A DNA stretch of 64,000 nucleotides from Chlorokybus atmophyticus (lineage: Eukaryota; Plantae; Mesostigma and Chlorokybus algae): assembly GCA_009103225.1 (NCBI GenBank), contig RHPI01001116.1, positions 577,267 through 641,266 of the forward strand, given 5' to 3'. A program made the position numbers and the translations under genes. Under the pieces are notes generated by a model, which was not told the origin of the DNA, did not search any database, and worked only from the letters and a program-made list of their open reading frames with translations. Positions 12,481 to 30,650 of this stretch are shown in pieces. Numbering within the stretch: the first letter of the stretch is position 1; each line of letters starts with the position of its first letter.

Positions 12481-12921
12481 TATGTACATGGGTGGCGTAG
12501 AGTAGTGACGCCACAGCATACAGTACTGTAGTGTGTCAACTGCACGGCATTGTAATGTGCCTGTCGTATGCATGCAAATTGCAAACGACTACTGCTTATC
12601 ATCATTTTGGTGCCTTTGCACAATGGAAACAAGCAGACAGCAAGCAGTCCTGCGCAGCATGGAGACGTGCACCCGCGGCTAATCTAGCCTACCATCTTTT
12701 GTACATTGACAGTACCAGGTGCTCATCCTTTGACACTAGGGAAGAAATTACTAGGACGACACATATTACAGTCATTTTTTGCGCACAGACTCTGATTACA
12801 ACTCCAACCATTGCCTTTTGGATGGGCCAGCTCCTCAGCATGTTGCGTGCAGCGGTCTTGTCAAGGTCCGCTACCACCGCTGCGGCTTGCAGGGCGCAGG
12901 GCGGCGGCGGCGGCGGCGGCG

Positions 12922-14790
12922 ATGGTGGGAGGGGCAGAGGAGGGCTGCTGGCCGATTGCTACTAACGAGGCGGAGAATGGAACACAGCCCCAAGTTACCA
13001 AGGAGGAGAAGCTGGTGTTTGAGCCCGGCTGTAGTCTTCAGGTGGTCCATAGTCGCTTGCACCACCAGCGCTGCCGTGCTGCTTGAACAGGTGCTGCCCT
13101 CGGTCTGGACTGCTTGCTTAGCAGCGTGTTCAGTTAGGGTGCGTGCTACTTGTTGTTTCGGGCTGGTCTTGGCCTCTTGTCCATCAGCTGTACATCCCCT
13201 GGCCCCTATCTGAGCAACAGCAATTGCATGATGCACAAGCTGCATGCTGTTTATATGCTTACTGCTGTTACTAGACCCTTAGTTACAACGTTCATGGCAT
13301 GGCAAGTGATGGCGTTCTGGTGTGCTGTGTCCTACAGCTGTGGGCATGCACTCCTGGAGCGCATGCTCCCCATGTTGAACGGTATGTCAATGTGTTCTCC
13401 CAGAGTCTCGTAGACGCAAGTGTACACGTAATCGTTGCAACTTTTGCTATCGTTAGCTGATCCATGCCCTCATGGTGATGTGCTTTGCATTGTCTAGAGC
13501 TCGCCCCATCCAGTGCATTGGTGCACAGCTGTCTCAGCTGCAGATTGGCTTCCACTTGACTTGATATTAGCGCGCCGTAACTCGCGATTGTTGTTAGTGT
13601 GTCGTTTATGTCTGAGCGCGCGTGTATGTGTCTGTTTGTTACCATGTGCGTTCTTAACATAAGGTTCGACGTTGCAGATGGCGAGCAACCAACACACAGA
13701 CGCCTCCACATTCCTGGAGATGGTCGGCAATGGGGTCCTAGGCGAGATCTTATCCTCGGCATGTGAGGGCGACATACGCAATGCTGCGCATTTGATGCTG
13801 GTATGCAAGCGCTTTGCAGCCGTGTTGCGTGTGACACCCTCAGCGTGGACAAACAGCTGCTGCAGCACAGACAACCAGACCACTCTCAGCTGCTCTTCAG
13901 TTTATCAGCTGCTTCATTACGCCCCCGAGTATGTCAAGAACAGCCTGAAGCACCTCAGCAATGACCAGTTGGCATGCGCCCGGCAGCAAACTCCATCGCC
14001 CCAGCCTATGTGCTGCTGCTTGTTTTCCAACACAGCCAGCGTTGGTAATTTTCTTCCTCGGCTGCAAACAATCGCGCTGAACCTCGCATGCAGGGCTTTC
14101 CTCCCGCATGAAGACGCATACCTCCAGCGGTTCGGCAGCATGCCTGCTCTCAAAAGCATCACGCTGAACAACATGGCGGGGGCGGGCTATGGCGCAGTGC
14201 ATTTTGATGTACAATTCTCCAGCTACGAGTTGCTGCAAGAGTTGAACCTTACCTTTGTAAATCGCGTGTGGTTGCAGTCCTTGAACAAATTGGCTTCACT
14301 CAAAACACTTCAATTGTGGGCTGTTGCCCCCGTGTTGCAAGGTCTATTGCCGCCCGGCCTCGAACGGCTCTATATACAGGGCTGGGACATGAACTGTGGT
14401 GGGTTGTTTTACGATGACAATCCCATTGAAGTCTTTGCTCGCCAGCTCTGCAGAATTCATTCTGTGCTGGTTGTCATCAGCGACTCTCAGTTCGATGAGA
14501 TCCGATATGCGTTGGATGGAGCCAATCACCTGTATGTGTTGACCTTGTTCACGAGTGAGGCCAACCGTGACAGCAGCTACAATGGCTATGTATTCACCGC
14601 AGACATGCATCAAGAGGTCTTCAAGCTGCTGCCAGAGTGCCCGCAGCTGGGGTTTGCGACTGTTCAGCGAGGCAACCGTTCCTGTACCTGCACCCTGCCC
14701 AACCCACTTGACACTGGCGCTGTTTTGTCAGGTGATGCGCACCGTTCGCGACTAGCAGCAAAGGTACAGCTGGCTATGAGGGAAGTGTAG
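12922..14790 (+). CDS. F-box/LRR-like protein (probable short first exon 12922-~13040 plus one 1.1-kb exon 13678-14790)
   Basis: 372-aa ORF with F-box-like GNGVLGEILSS...AHLMLVCKRFAAVL followed by LxxLxL repeats (LKSITL, LQELNL, LKTLQL, LERLYI). A ttgcag acceptor precedes 13678. The upstream exon is tentative. Confidence 0.7.
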
Positions 14791-15093
14791 GTGAAGGCAG
14801 GCTGTCAAACCATGCGTTTGACACCCTGCTAGGCGCTTGCGCAAGCGTGGCGTGCTGAGCGTCAGGGGTTGTGAATGCTGTGCGACCGGTGTGGCGTGGC
14901 AGCTGCAAACACCCATGTATACATAGCAGTGCTGCTGTTGCTGTAAATATCAATGTGACCGATCTCTGGATTTTGCTTCTTGGGTGTATAGTATACAGTG
15001 TACATAATGTGGAGTAGGATTGCCTTGCATCGCACATGCAACGACAACAGTCGCATACTGGCACACTGGCGTAACTACTTGGTGTGATTACTT

Positions 15094-17270
15094 AGCCCGG
15101 TGGTGTATATACTGGCTGGTGTCTGCGTCTCACGTGTGCTATGCATGTGACTTGCGCTGTTGGGTGCGATACACCTTGTGCATGCCGCTAGTTGTGCCTT
15201 AGACCTTCATCATACACTGTAGGCAACAACAACAATTACATGTTCCAGCACCGGGGTCAACACCACGGTGAATGTCTAGGTCAAGTCTGCAGTGCATACG
15301 GTATAATAGACACGCGAAGTGGAACAACATCGCGAGCAAATCACCTATGCCAGCAAAGGCACGACAATTTTAGCCAGGGGGCATAGCTTACAACCTCTCA
15401 ACCTTGCCTACATACAACCCACTACTTACGTGAATGCGAATGTATGCAAGTGCTGTGCACCCAGCCGCAGCAAAGAAGGAAGGAGCAAGCGCGTAACAAC
15501 CTGCAGCAGCCGAGGAGAAGAGAAAGGCTGTTAGTGAGTGTGGGCGTGCAGGGCGCTTGTGACAGGCGCAATGTGTGTGTAGCGTGCTGTGCGTGCGTGC
15601 TGGTGCAGCGCGACAACCCCCCGCGCCTACTGCCCCAACCTCACCGCCAAACTCTGCCACAACAACAACGACGAAGACACACTGCGCCAGTTAAAGTGTC
15701 GCAATGAGGGTTAGGTTAGTAGCCGTTTGTGCAAATTGCCCACGCACTCACAATGCTCACTCACTCACACACAATGCCATTGTCCATCACAGCATGCATA
15801 GACATGCATAGACATGCACAACAACAGCATGACAGAATGAGCACTACAGCACAACAGCATGAGCAAGCACGACCTGACTCTGCATGTGCGGGCACTATTG
15901 TGCTCCCCGCACCATGTCACAACAACTTACCTGCATGACCTGTTGTTGGTGAAGATGCCGTTTGTTGTGATCACCTCCGTGTAACACCCTCCCTCAACCC
16001 CCTGCAAACCAACCAGAACAAGTACAACCCAGAACACTCATACCAGTACTTATTACCCAGCACACGCTGCAGACGTGCAGTCAACTTTTGTTGGCTGCAA
16101 CCTGCAGCGAGTAGAGTGTCAATCAACATGACCAGCACGTGTACAAAGTGTGCTTTGTAGGTAGTGATACGCATGAAGCGATGTGCTTGAGACACCGCAA
16201 TGTTCAGCTTCGCTGACGTGGCCACATTTGATATCGGGTGTGGTGCTCGGTGTACATGGATGTCTACAAACACTGGCTGCGTGAGCTTGTTGTACACACA
16301 TGTACAAATACCAACATCCCTCGTGTGAAATCTGGTGAGGTCCAAGTATGGTACTGTGACGCCAGACGCTGTCCTGGCTTGTGCGAAGGATGCCTTGGGG
16401 TACAAACCCCAAGCCAATGCAACATCAGACATGTACATGAAAGACTCGAACTCAGGCACATCAACGACAACCAGATCATCCACATATCGCAGGATGGCAC
16501 GAGCATACCGCACCAATAAAGGCCTGTCCACCAATAGCTGCAGTCTGCGTAGTCAGCGTAGCTCGAACCCCAGCAAGTGAATGTTAGCCAAATAAACACC
16601 TGCATTGTTACCCTTGGGAATGCCCACACACTGTCTGTGGACCTTGTTGGTAGCAGTCTGCACATAGAGGTTATCAGAAACAATGCCAACAGATCATACA
16701 GCAATTGTGCTGTAGACACTTTGGTCCCCTCCGAGTATGGTGTGGGTCCTGGTAACCAATGAGCCGTGGTCTTGCCATTAGTGACCTTGATATGCAAAGA
16801 TGACCTCCTGTTAACATCTCGCTGGTACGCAATAACCTCATCCACCACAAAGCGTATTCATTCAGCAGCGAATCCGCATGCACAATGTTAGTGTACAAAG
16901 TGGCAAAGTCATACGTCTGCTTACCCAGGTGCTCACACTTCTGTCGTGCAGTGCGTGTGGTATTGAAGTGTTGTTGCAGCCTTGTGAAGCCAGCAGCATC
17001 GTGCAACACCTAGGACTGTGCAGCCCCTTCACCTGTCACCATGCTCCATAATATGTCAGTGGCAGGCATGCACGCTTTGTAAGCTCGAGACAACCACTTA
17101 GACACATCAGATAAGGTTGTGTCAAAAGCAGCTGCAATGAAACGCAGCTTGGGTGGTGCCTTGTGCATGCTTGACTGACAGGGTGCGGTAGATGTAGGGT
17201 AGGGGTAGGAGGTAGGTAGCACAGGTGTATAAAGATCTAAGACACTAGTGTGTGCTACAGCCCGGTGGTT
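15094..17270 (-). mobile_element. Penelope-like retroelement (5'-truncated, frameshifted RT)
   Basis: RT motifs across several frames: MHKAPPKLRFIA, TYDFATLYTNIVH, LRYVDDL, VPYLDLT, and thumb SQAHRFMRITTYKAHF...LLAAGC. Bounded by same-orientation CACCACCGGGCT motifs at 17259-17269 and 15094-15105. Confidence 0.88.
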
Positions 17271-17954
17271 GTGTATGTAGAGTTAAGATGACTTGCATGC
17301 ACCGTTGGTGCAAAGATGGTTGCATAACCTAAGCATTAGTCTTGCATATGCATGCGCAGTTGCAGTTTGCATTGTATGTACTAGCGTTGTGGCCTACTTA
17401 GCTCGCTACAATAACCATTAGCGCTACACACCAATGTGCATATGTATGTTTGTTGCATAATAAGCACTGCCGCACCCACACCCCGTTAATTATGCAAGCG
17501 CGTCGGTACAAGTCTAACTACCTGTGCAATAGTGCTCGGTGTCCACACTGGCACAACAGCAGTGTGCGCATATGAAGCAGTGTATGCATGAGCACGCATG
17601 TGTACAGGCATGCCAACAAGCAACGCAAGCGACCTGAACTGGGAGATGAGGCAGCGACGCTGCACAGCTGAGACAAGAGGCAGCAGCTCAATCCCAGTCT
17701 GAGCGCATCCCAGCACTGCTAATTCATCACGACTTGCAATAGTACACACACATTGACACCGACAACGCCCCTTGCAATAGCAAGCGAAGCATGGCACCCA
17801 TGCTGCAAACCCAAACAACTGCTTGTCGCTAGGTAACGCTGTTTGACAACACGCAGTCACCTGACCGCTGTACACTGCTGGTTCTCACTATGTTCTTGAC
17901 TAACATAAAGGAATAATAACTTTCACACTCAACTGCTGCACAAGCGGCTTGAAG

Positions 17955-18265
17955 TCATGTCTTCAACCGCGCATTCCTTGCATCATCTTTCATGTCTGCT
18001 GTCTCGGACGTCTTCTTCTTACCTGCAGTGAAGCAGCTTCAGTGATGACAAATCACACACCACAGGTGACTGAACATTTCCCTGGAATAGCATGAGTTGC
18101 ACACGCAATCCAACGTCTTTGCGTATGCAACTGGCATCACAGACCTGATGAGAACAACAGCGGTACTGCAGCGAGAGCGCAGAACCCAATGGTGCCCAAC
18201 AAGACGTGCCGCTTGTTCCCGCTCCACGCGAAGCGCTGGAAAGCGGTCGGCTGCTGAACAGCCAT
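17955..18265 (-). CDS. 62-aa single-pass membrane microprotein (2 coding exons: 18265-18145, 18022-17955)
   Basis: Spliced product MAVQQPTAFQRFAWSGNKRHVLLGTIGFCALAAVPLLFSSGKKKTSETADMKDDARNARLKT*. Canonical GT-AG phase-1 intron and one hydrophobic helix. An acceptor sits immediately before the ATG. Confidence 0.65.
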
Positions 18266-18429
18266 CTGCGCACACTTGCACAGAGGCAGGCAAATTTGAG
18301 GTCACACATCACATGGACATGCCAGCACAACTGTAACTTACGTTGAGAATCCATTGCTGTTGAACCATCAGCCACTAGCCAACCGAGGCAACTCCACATA
18401 CATACAACTAAGCACACCTTGAGGAGTAA

Positions 18430-18926
18430 TTATGACCGGTTGGACTGGGCGTAGTGCAGTATGTAAGGGGCGATGCGTACGCAGAGCAGGAAGCCTCCCA
18501 GCACCGCCAGATGGCCGCCAAGCTGCTTCAGCGCCTCCTTCTGAGGCGGCAAACCGCAGAACGTTAGTACATACATGCAGCCGTAAGTGAGAACCAAACC
18601 AACAACACACAACTCGACATGCAACAGCCTGCACACTGGAAACAAGTACATGCACGCAATGGAATGAACAGGTCGAGAGGCAAAGTACAGCACGGCGTCC
18701 TTGTTTGCTAAAACAGCCACGATGTAGGAAGATTATGGTGATATTAGAACAGTCAACAATGTGCTCTTGCAAACTATGCGCGGCCATGCAAGCAGCAGGG
18801 ATACCAAGCCAAAACCCTACAGCGGCGGAGGGAGGGTTCATACCTCCGACTGTTGCAACAGCGCATGCAACTGCATTTGAGAGCCCTGACCTGGTCCGGA
18901 CGCTTCGCTTTGCTCAGTTGAAACAT
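18430..18926 (-). CDS. TOM6: Mitochondrial import receptor subunit TOM6 (plant type), 2 exons (18926-18891, 18540-18430)
   Basis: Spliced MFQLSKAKRPDQKEALKQLGGHLAVLGGFLLCVRIAPYILHYAQSNRS* matches the plant TOM6 pattern (PDKAEALKQL..H...R.APY.L) as I recall it. Confidence 0.85.
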
Positions 18927-19176
18927 GTCCGCCGACGAGTTATCACCAACGCACGAGAGCCCGCCACGTCGTCGCCGCCGCCGCCTGCGTGTGGTCAAGG
19001 TACTTACACCTGTTCACTGATCCAAGTTGACGGCTCAGCATGTTGTTTGATCAGCGTCATCACGCAGACCGGTGTTCACTGATCCATGTTGCTCACAACA
19101 GATCACTGATTGCACTTGGCTGAACCAGCTTGGCCAGACGTAGAGTGGGTTCAGTGAACCACTTGTGGGCGTGTGC

Positions 19177-20789
19177 ATGGCGGAAAGGCGGAGGGGCGGA
19201 GAAGGAGGAAGCGGAGGAGGAGGGAGAGCAGGCAAGGGAGTGGAGCGAGCTGTGAGAGTCTACACCGTAGCTGACGAGTCCAGGTGAGCGGCAGCAGGGC
19301 TGGATGCTGCTTCAACGCCTCAGTACTCGACAAGTTGCTTGCTGTCTGACTCCTTTGTTGCATTGTGGTATAAGCTGCTCAAGTCAGTTGTTTTGAGACA
19401 GCAATGCACGCATGTCTGAGTTAGTACTACACGTACTTCTTATGTCCGTGCGTAACAACTTCAGCTTGAGCCCAACTCACCTTTTTTGAAAAGCATATGC
19501 TTAGCAGAAGTACCCCTCACCCAGACGTTGCAAGTTCGGTGACTGGTCACTGAGTTGTAAAAAAAGGTCTTTCTCGCTCTGTCTCCCTCCCCCCCTTGCG
19601 GCGACACTTGTTTGAGCAGGTACGTGATTGTGCGCAACGTGCCGGCGGTGCGGGTAATCGGCGAGCTGATAGCCGAGTTTGGAGCGTTTGGGGAAATACT
19701 CGAGTAAGGCGCCAGCCATGCGCAAGGAGTTTGCATGCTGGCTTTGTTCTTCGCAATGAGGCATAACTATTCCATATTGAGGTGGTGAACTGTCAGAACG
19801 TGTAGTCCTGTGCTCCTTTGCAGGTACAAGGAACTCACTGATGAGGCTCGTGAAGAGTTCACGCAAGTTGTGTGGATCAAGTATGCCAACATACAGAGCG
19901 CGCGGTGCGTTCTGTAAAGCGGCGGGTAGTCACTGCATGCATACAGACCTACACACCAACACACTCGTGTGTTATTATCACACTTGACTTGACTTTCTCA
20001 TCAGCTTTGCGAAGCGCAAGATGGACGAGTATTCGTTCTTCGGCGCGCATTTGGCCGTGTTGTACGCACCGCAATACGAGACCGTCGCAGAGACCGTTGA
20101 CAAGCTCGAGGAGCGGCGGCGCAAAGTCGGGGTGAAGTTGAGAGGTGAGGCGCGCGCACGGGGACAAATGTGGACTCGTGTGAACTCTTGTCTGTGTGCT
20201 GATTGCATAACTTGTCACAACAATAGAGCATGCGAGGGAGCTGAAGGGGCAGCGTATGAATGAAGGCGGTTCTGGTCGGGAGACGTCAATAGGGTGAGTG
20301 TTGGTAGTGGTGTGTGGTGAGCACGAGTCCAACGCGTGACCTGAAATAGCTGACAATGTGTTACGCAAGTGTAGGGGCAGTTCGCATGCAAGCGCTTCTT
20401 CCCATCGCGTACCCCCCGATACAACAAGCGGTCGCCCTCCCAATCATGAACTTCCACCCATTGAGGTGTGCATTGGTTGATACTTGCTTGCCCTGCATTC
20501 TTACACATTGTTTACATCAATTGACTGGACTTGCGCTTGATGCAGACCTTTCCCGCAACTGCAGCTTTGTCAATAAGAGACAAGCTCAGAAAGGTATGCG
20601 TGCTTAATCAATATACTTTTGAACGCTGTTGCCGCATGCATTGCATCTGCGCATCAACACAAGAGGCATTTGCATTGAGTGTGGGATGACACGCTGATGG
20701 CGTCTGGCAATCCTGTGCAGGGCTCGCACACAGCTGGCGTGCCTCCCGCAGGTGTTGTCCCCGAGTCAAAGCGGCATAAGCCTCGATGA
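19177..20789 (+). CDS. RBM48: RNA-binding protein 48 (minor-spliceosome factor)
   Basis: Exons give VRVYTVADESRYVIVRNVPA...FGAFGEILEY...VWIKYANIQSARFAKRKMDEYSFFGAHLAVLYAPQYETVAETVDKLEERR. The C-terminal exons (ending ...SKRHKPR* at 20787-20789) are less certain. Confidence 0.88.
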
Positions 20790-21624
20790 GCCGCTGCTCA
20801 CAAGCACAGTATGCCTGCTGCTTATCTGCAGGCACTTCCGGCTTCTGCGATGCCTTCCTACCAGTCGGGTGCGGATGACATGGTACGCGTGGCGTGAAAG
20901 CACTCAAGTCGCAAGCAGCGTTTGCTGCAACTGGTGAGTCAAGGCACATCCTCATCCTGTCCGAACTGCGCGCCGAGAGTTATGTGAAGGTGCTGGGAGC
21001 TTATGTGAGATTCGTGAGTGTGAGAGTATGCCAGAGTGCGGCATCAGTGGAGCTCTGCGAGCGAACAAGCTTTACTTCGAGCACGTCAACCTTGTCACTT
21101 GTACGCCTTGAGCGAATATTGAGTCGGGGGACAGGTACATTTGCCACTTCGGGTTCAGCCTGCACGCCGAGACTGGTGCTATGGCTATGGCCATTGTGCA
21201 CCGTCGAATTCATATAACCTGCAAGGTGACTCCCGGTAGGTATTGTCTCAAGGGGCGCTGCCAGCAATGTCAAGCTATCACCTGTGACTGGTGACTGAGG
21301 CCAATGCAGGGTTGCACTGATTGTGCGGTGATGTGCATGTGTGGTAGCTAATACCTATGCACTGGCACTGGACCCGCACACATTTGTACATGTGTAGTAA
21401 GGTTGGCTGCAAGTGGTGTGTAACATATATGCAATGTTATGCATGTGACCCCATTGCATTGTAAACATGACATGCACACACACACGCACACTTGCACACG
21501 CCAGCAAACAACTTCTTACACCACCGGGCTACCTATACAAACTAGGTAGCTACTTTCGCTAAGCCCTTGCCCCGTTAGTCAACATGCATGCGTAGTTACC
21601 TGTACACAAGTAGAGTCCCCACAG

Positions 21625-22650
21625 TTAGGCACCGGTGTGGCTGTAGTTGTGGCAGCAGCACAAAGCAGACGGACTCCCCCTCCCTCTGCTCTCTCGCTCT
21701 CTCTCCACCCGCCGCCCTGCTTCTCTCTTGGCAGTCTGCGCCCCTGCTGCTGTTGACGCTGCCAGGGTTGCAGTGTCAACGTCAGCAGTACGCAACTGCG
21801 TGCAAGGCTGTCGCGACTTGCCCGCATGGTCGTCAGTGGCTGAATGTCGCATGCTGTGCCAGTGCAGTCGGTTGTGGTTTGGGGCTGGCAGTTAGGTGCT
21901 GCGGTGGGGTTGGGTGGTGGGGTTGGAGCGACATTTGCTTCGCACGGGCAGGCTGCTTTACCACGCAGCTTGCTCCCCGCGCATGATGCCTGTTGGGCAG
22001 TGTGTCATTGCCGGTGCTGCACGTCTTCAGCGCTGCGGGTGTTGCTTCACCTTCACCTTCTTGACGACCATCATGTACAACAGCATTGGTGGTGTGCAAT
22101 AGACGTACTCCTTGCTGCGCAGCAGCGTTTGCCTGAGGGTAGTGAGCAGCTTGTTCAAGGGATGTCCATCACGCTGCATGGCGTGAATCAAATTTGTCAT
22201 GTCTGTCAGGAAGTGTGTTCTGTAGGTACACACGCGGGTGAAGCGCGCATACTGCGAGCTGATGACACCCAGCTGCACTGTGCGCGGGGTGTTTACGGTT
22301 GGCAACGGGGCTCGGTGGTGCGGTAGCGTGCTGTAGGCTGGCAGTGGTGTGTAATGATCATACACTCTGTGTAGCAGCCTATCAGCTTTACTACAATTTC
22401 TGCTCCTGCAATATCATATATCATTAGCCACTTCAAGGGCAAGCCACCGCCGGGCTCAAGATTTTCGTTATTGTCTGTGCATGTGGTGGTAATAGCATTG
22501 CACTGGAATCCTAAGTGATGGATCGTCAACAAACATGGCAATGACGGGCAAAAGAATACCCGAGGATATCTCTGGTATTCTTGACAATACCAGCGTAACG
22601 CAGTTACAGATACTCGGATACAGACTCGGATACAGATCAACGCCAATGAC
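21625..22650 (-). mobile_element. Penelope-like retroelement remnant (second subfamily)
   Basis: Degenerate catalytic VIAMFVDD (~22520-22545) and thumb PTVNTPRTVQLGVISSQYARFTRVCTYRTHF...MQRDGHPLNKL (22027-22365), followed by a GC-rich 3' region. Confidence 0.75.
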
Positions 22651-22876
22651 AATAACAATGCGACACATGAGTTGCACTGCAGCAGCCACAATGACTACTG
22701 CGACATTCAACAACCGTGTGTCAATCAACACGCAACTGTTGCCGCTCTGCAACATGACAACCCTGCCAGCGTCCCAACTTTTCCCTCCCCTTCACATACA
22801 CAACTGAATCAACTAGGTGTGCATGATGCAACGTAGTGTACAAGTAGCGAGGTACAGCAATAACCATGCAGTCACT

Positions 22877-25168
<2,292 letters not shown>

Positions 25169-25783
25169 GGCTCCCAAAACAATCCAAAGTCACCGCAGGT
25201 ATTTTCAGCCAACTCCAAGCTCCAACACAGGCGCACGCTCAAACAAGCAACAACAATCTCACTACGCCGCCGCTGCCGCCAAACAACTGTTATACGCACC
25301 TCAGCCTGGCTCTAGGGCTGACCTCACGCAAAACGTTTCCGTGTGCCAAAAGTTTCAGCCTGAGTGCACTACCACATGTGAGCTACTTTAGTTCACCACC
25401 CAACAAGTACTGAATCACTTTGACGCATTGCCGTGAGTGATTCAAGATGTCATTTCAGTTCATGACGAGGACGGTACCTGTCACGCATCAACCGGCAGTG
25501 AGATGAGATCATCACGACGACAGCCGATGCTGACGTGAGCACACACACACGCGTGTTTGGGACGACACGTCAGCGCCTGCCTGCCCGGCCTGCGTCGGAT
25601 ATGCACGACATCTGACCTGACCGGCAAGCGACCGAAAGCTTGAAGCCAGGTGCACCTTTGAATGGCCGAGCATATCTGTTGAAAGGGCGGTGTATTGTTG
25701 GTGGCCGGCGTGCAGCGGTTGTTGGTGGTGTGCAGCGTCGGCGTTGTGACTGCCACGTTGGCCAGTACCGACACTTTAGCCAT

Positions 25784-28836
<3,053 letters not shown>

Positions 28837-28877
28837 TGCGTGCAACGGTGGTGCTGGCGTACAGGTGGCGTTGGGGA

Positions 28878-29394
28878 NNNNNNNNNNNNNNNNNNNNNNN
28901 NNNNNNNNNNNNNNNNNNNNNNNNNNNNNNNNNNNNNNNNNNNNNNNNNNNNNNNNNNNNNNNNNNNNNNNNNNNNNNNNNNNNNNNNNNNNNNNNNNNN
29001 NNNNNNNNNNNNNNNNNNNNNNNNNNNNNNNNNNNNNNNNNNNNNNNNNNNNNNNNNNNNNNNNNNNNNNNNNNNNNNNNNNNNNNNNNNNNNNNNNNNN
29101 NNNNNNNNNNNNNNNNNNNNNNNNNNNNNNNNNNNNNNNNNNNNNNNNNNNNNNNNNNNNNNNNNNNNNNNNNNNNNNNNNNNNNNNNNNNNNNNNNNNN
29201 NNNNNNNNNNNNNNNNNNNNNNNNNNNNNNNNNNNNNNNNNNNNNNNNNNNNNNNNNNNNNNNNNNNNNNNNNNNNNNNNNNNNNNNNNNNNNNNNNNNN
29301 NNNNNNNNNNNNNNNNNNNNNNNNNNNNNNNNNNNNNNNNNNNNNNNNNNNNNNNNNNNNNNNNNNNNNNNNNNNNNNNNNNNNNNNNNNNNNN
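28878..29394. other. Assembly gap (517 N)
   Basis: Run of N. Confidence 1.
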
Positions 29395-29821
29395 CCACAC
29401 AATCCGCACGCATGTGAGGCTCACATGCGCCGGTCGTTGTGCGGGAACGTGGCTCTGTGCGGACTGTGAAGAAACGGACAAACACAGCCTAGTGTCCATA
29501 CATACGTCATTAGCAACCACCGCCGCCACACCACGTACTGTGTTGACTGCATAACAACCAGCACGCCCTCTTAGGCATGCACGCATACGCATACACAGCA
29601 GCACATCAGGCCTGCTTTATGCGCATTGACAACAGTGGTGGGTGTGTCGGATGCTAGGGGCTGATGCTGTGTGAGTCAGGCACAGCAGGCTGCCCCACAC
29701 TGCAAAAGAGCCAACCCCTGCACACGCTGTCGAGCATAAGCAATGTGCTGCGCACTTCTGCAGAGCGCAAGCAAACCACACAATGGGCGCACAGCTTGAA
29801 CAACCTCTCTCTCTGTATATA

Positions 29822-30650
29822 TCATGCCAAACGGTCACAAGGTTCCAGTGTCAAAGCCATTACACAACCATACGAATCCAAAACAATGACAACGCGAAGA
29901 CACATGACAATACAATTATGAACGCTAGCGCGCATCAGCTGCGTAGGCCTCACGCCAAGAGAACTGCCGTGTCGGACAGGGTTAGAGTTAGGGTCGTCAT
30001 AGGAGCAGGTCGCAGTGGCGGCCAACCCGGAGCTGCACACGGCCGTCGGCGCTCTCTCTAACCCAGCCATGCCTTGAGCTTGCAGTAGTGCACAAGTGAT
30101 CCTCTGCATGTACATGTGCATGGACACGAACCCGGACATACATGCCGTATGCAACCCACGATGCTGGACTACACGACGCGCGCAGTTAATTATCAGCTCG
30201 TGAACTGAAGCTCTCAGGGTGCCAGACGTCTCCACTGCCAAAGGAATAAACTTAGCTCCCGCTGCGTGGTCACCGTACTTCCAACACTTTGCCAACTCCG
30301 CTGCGCGCTCTCCTCCTCTCGGATGAGCGCTGCATGTGGCAATTCTTGAATGCATGACTGAGTGTACTGTGCATGTATAAGGTCCATGGGTAATGGCCGC
30401 ACCATTGCTACACTACCTCCAAGGTAGCGTTTAATGGCTGTGATCCATGTGTTACTGAGTAGCTGGGCCTTGGGATATAAACTTGTAGGAGGGGGAACAT
30501 AGTATTGCGGGAATTGCGGCATTAGCATCTAAGGAGTGGTATTACAGAGCATTGTGCATTTGCCACCTACTATCTGCCAGTTCGCGGAAGCGGAGCATCC
30601 GCATTGCAATGTTGCCCCATAGCATCATGATGTAGGGCAAGAGCGTGTGA
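29822..30650 (-). mobile_element. Non-LTR retrotransposon remnant, CRE-like restriction-like endonuclease (RLE) C-terminus
   Basis: ERAAELAKCWKY...FIPLAVETSG...QRITCALLQAQG fits the RLE-clade pattern AExxKxxKY...FxPxAxETxG...QRxSxALQRG. The upstream part is stop-ridden. Confidence 0.75.

Noticed and set aside
13651-13658. TTCTTAAC U12-like branch site before the F-box exon
   Set aside because: No RTATCCTT donor upstream.
15094-17340. Hammerhead ribozyme expected in PLE termini
   Set aside because: I could not find a CTGANGA...GAAA core with compatible stems by eye on either strand.
20800-21300. Protein-like fragments, including two in-frame TAA on the minus strand hinting at a TAA=Gln code
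   Set aside because: AGO, TOM6, SS5 and GAPC terminate at TAA/TAG at homologous ends, so the code is standard. The fragments have no recognisable family.
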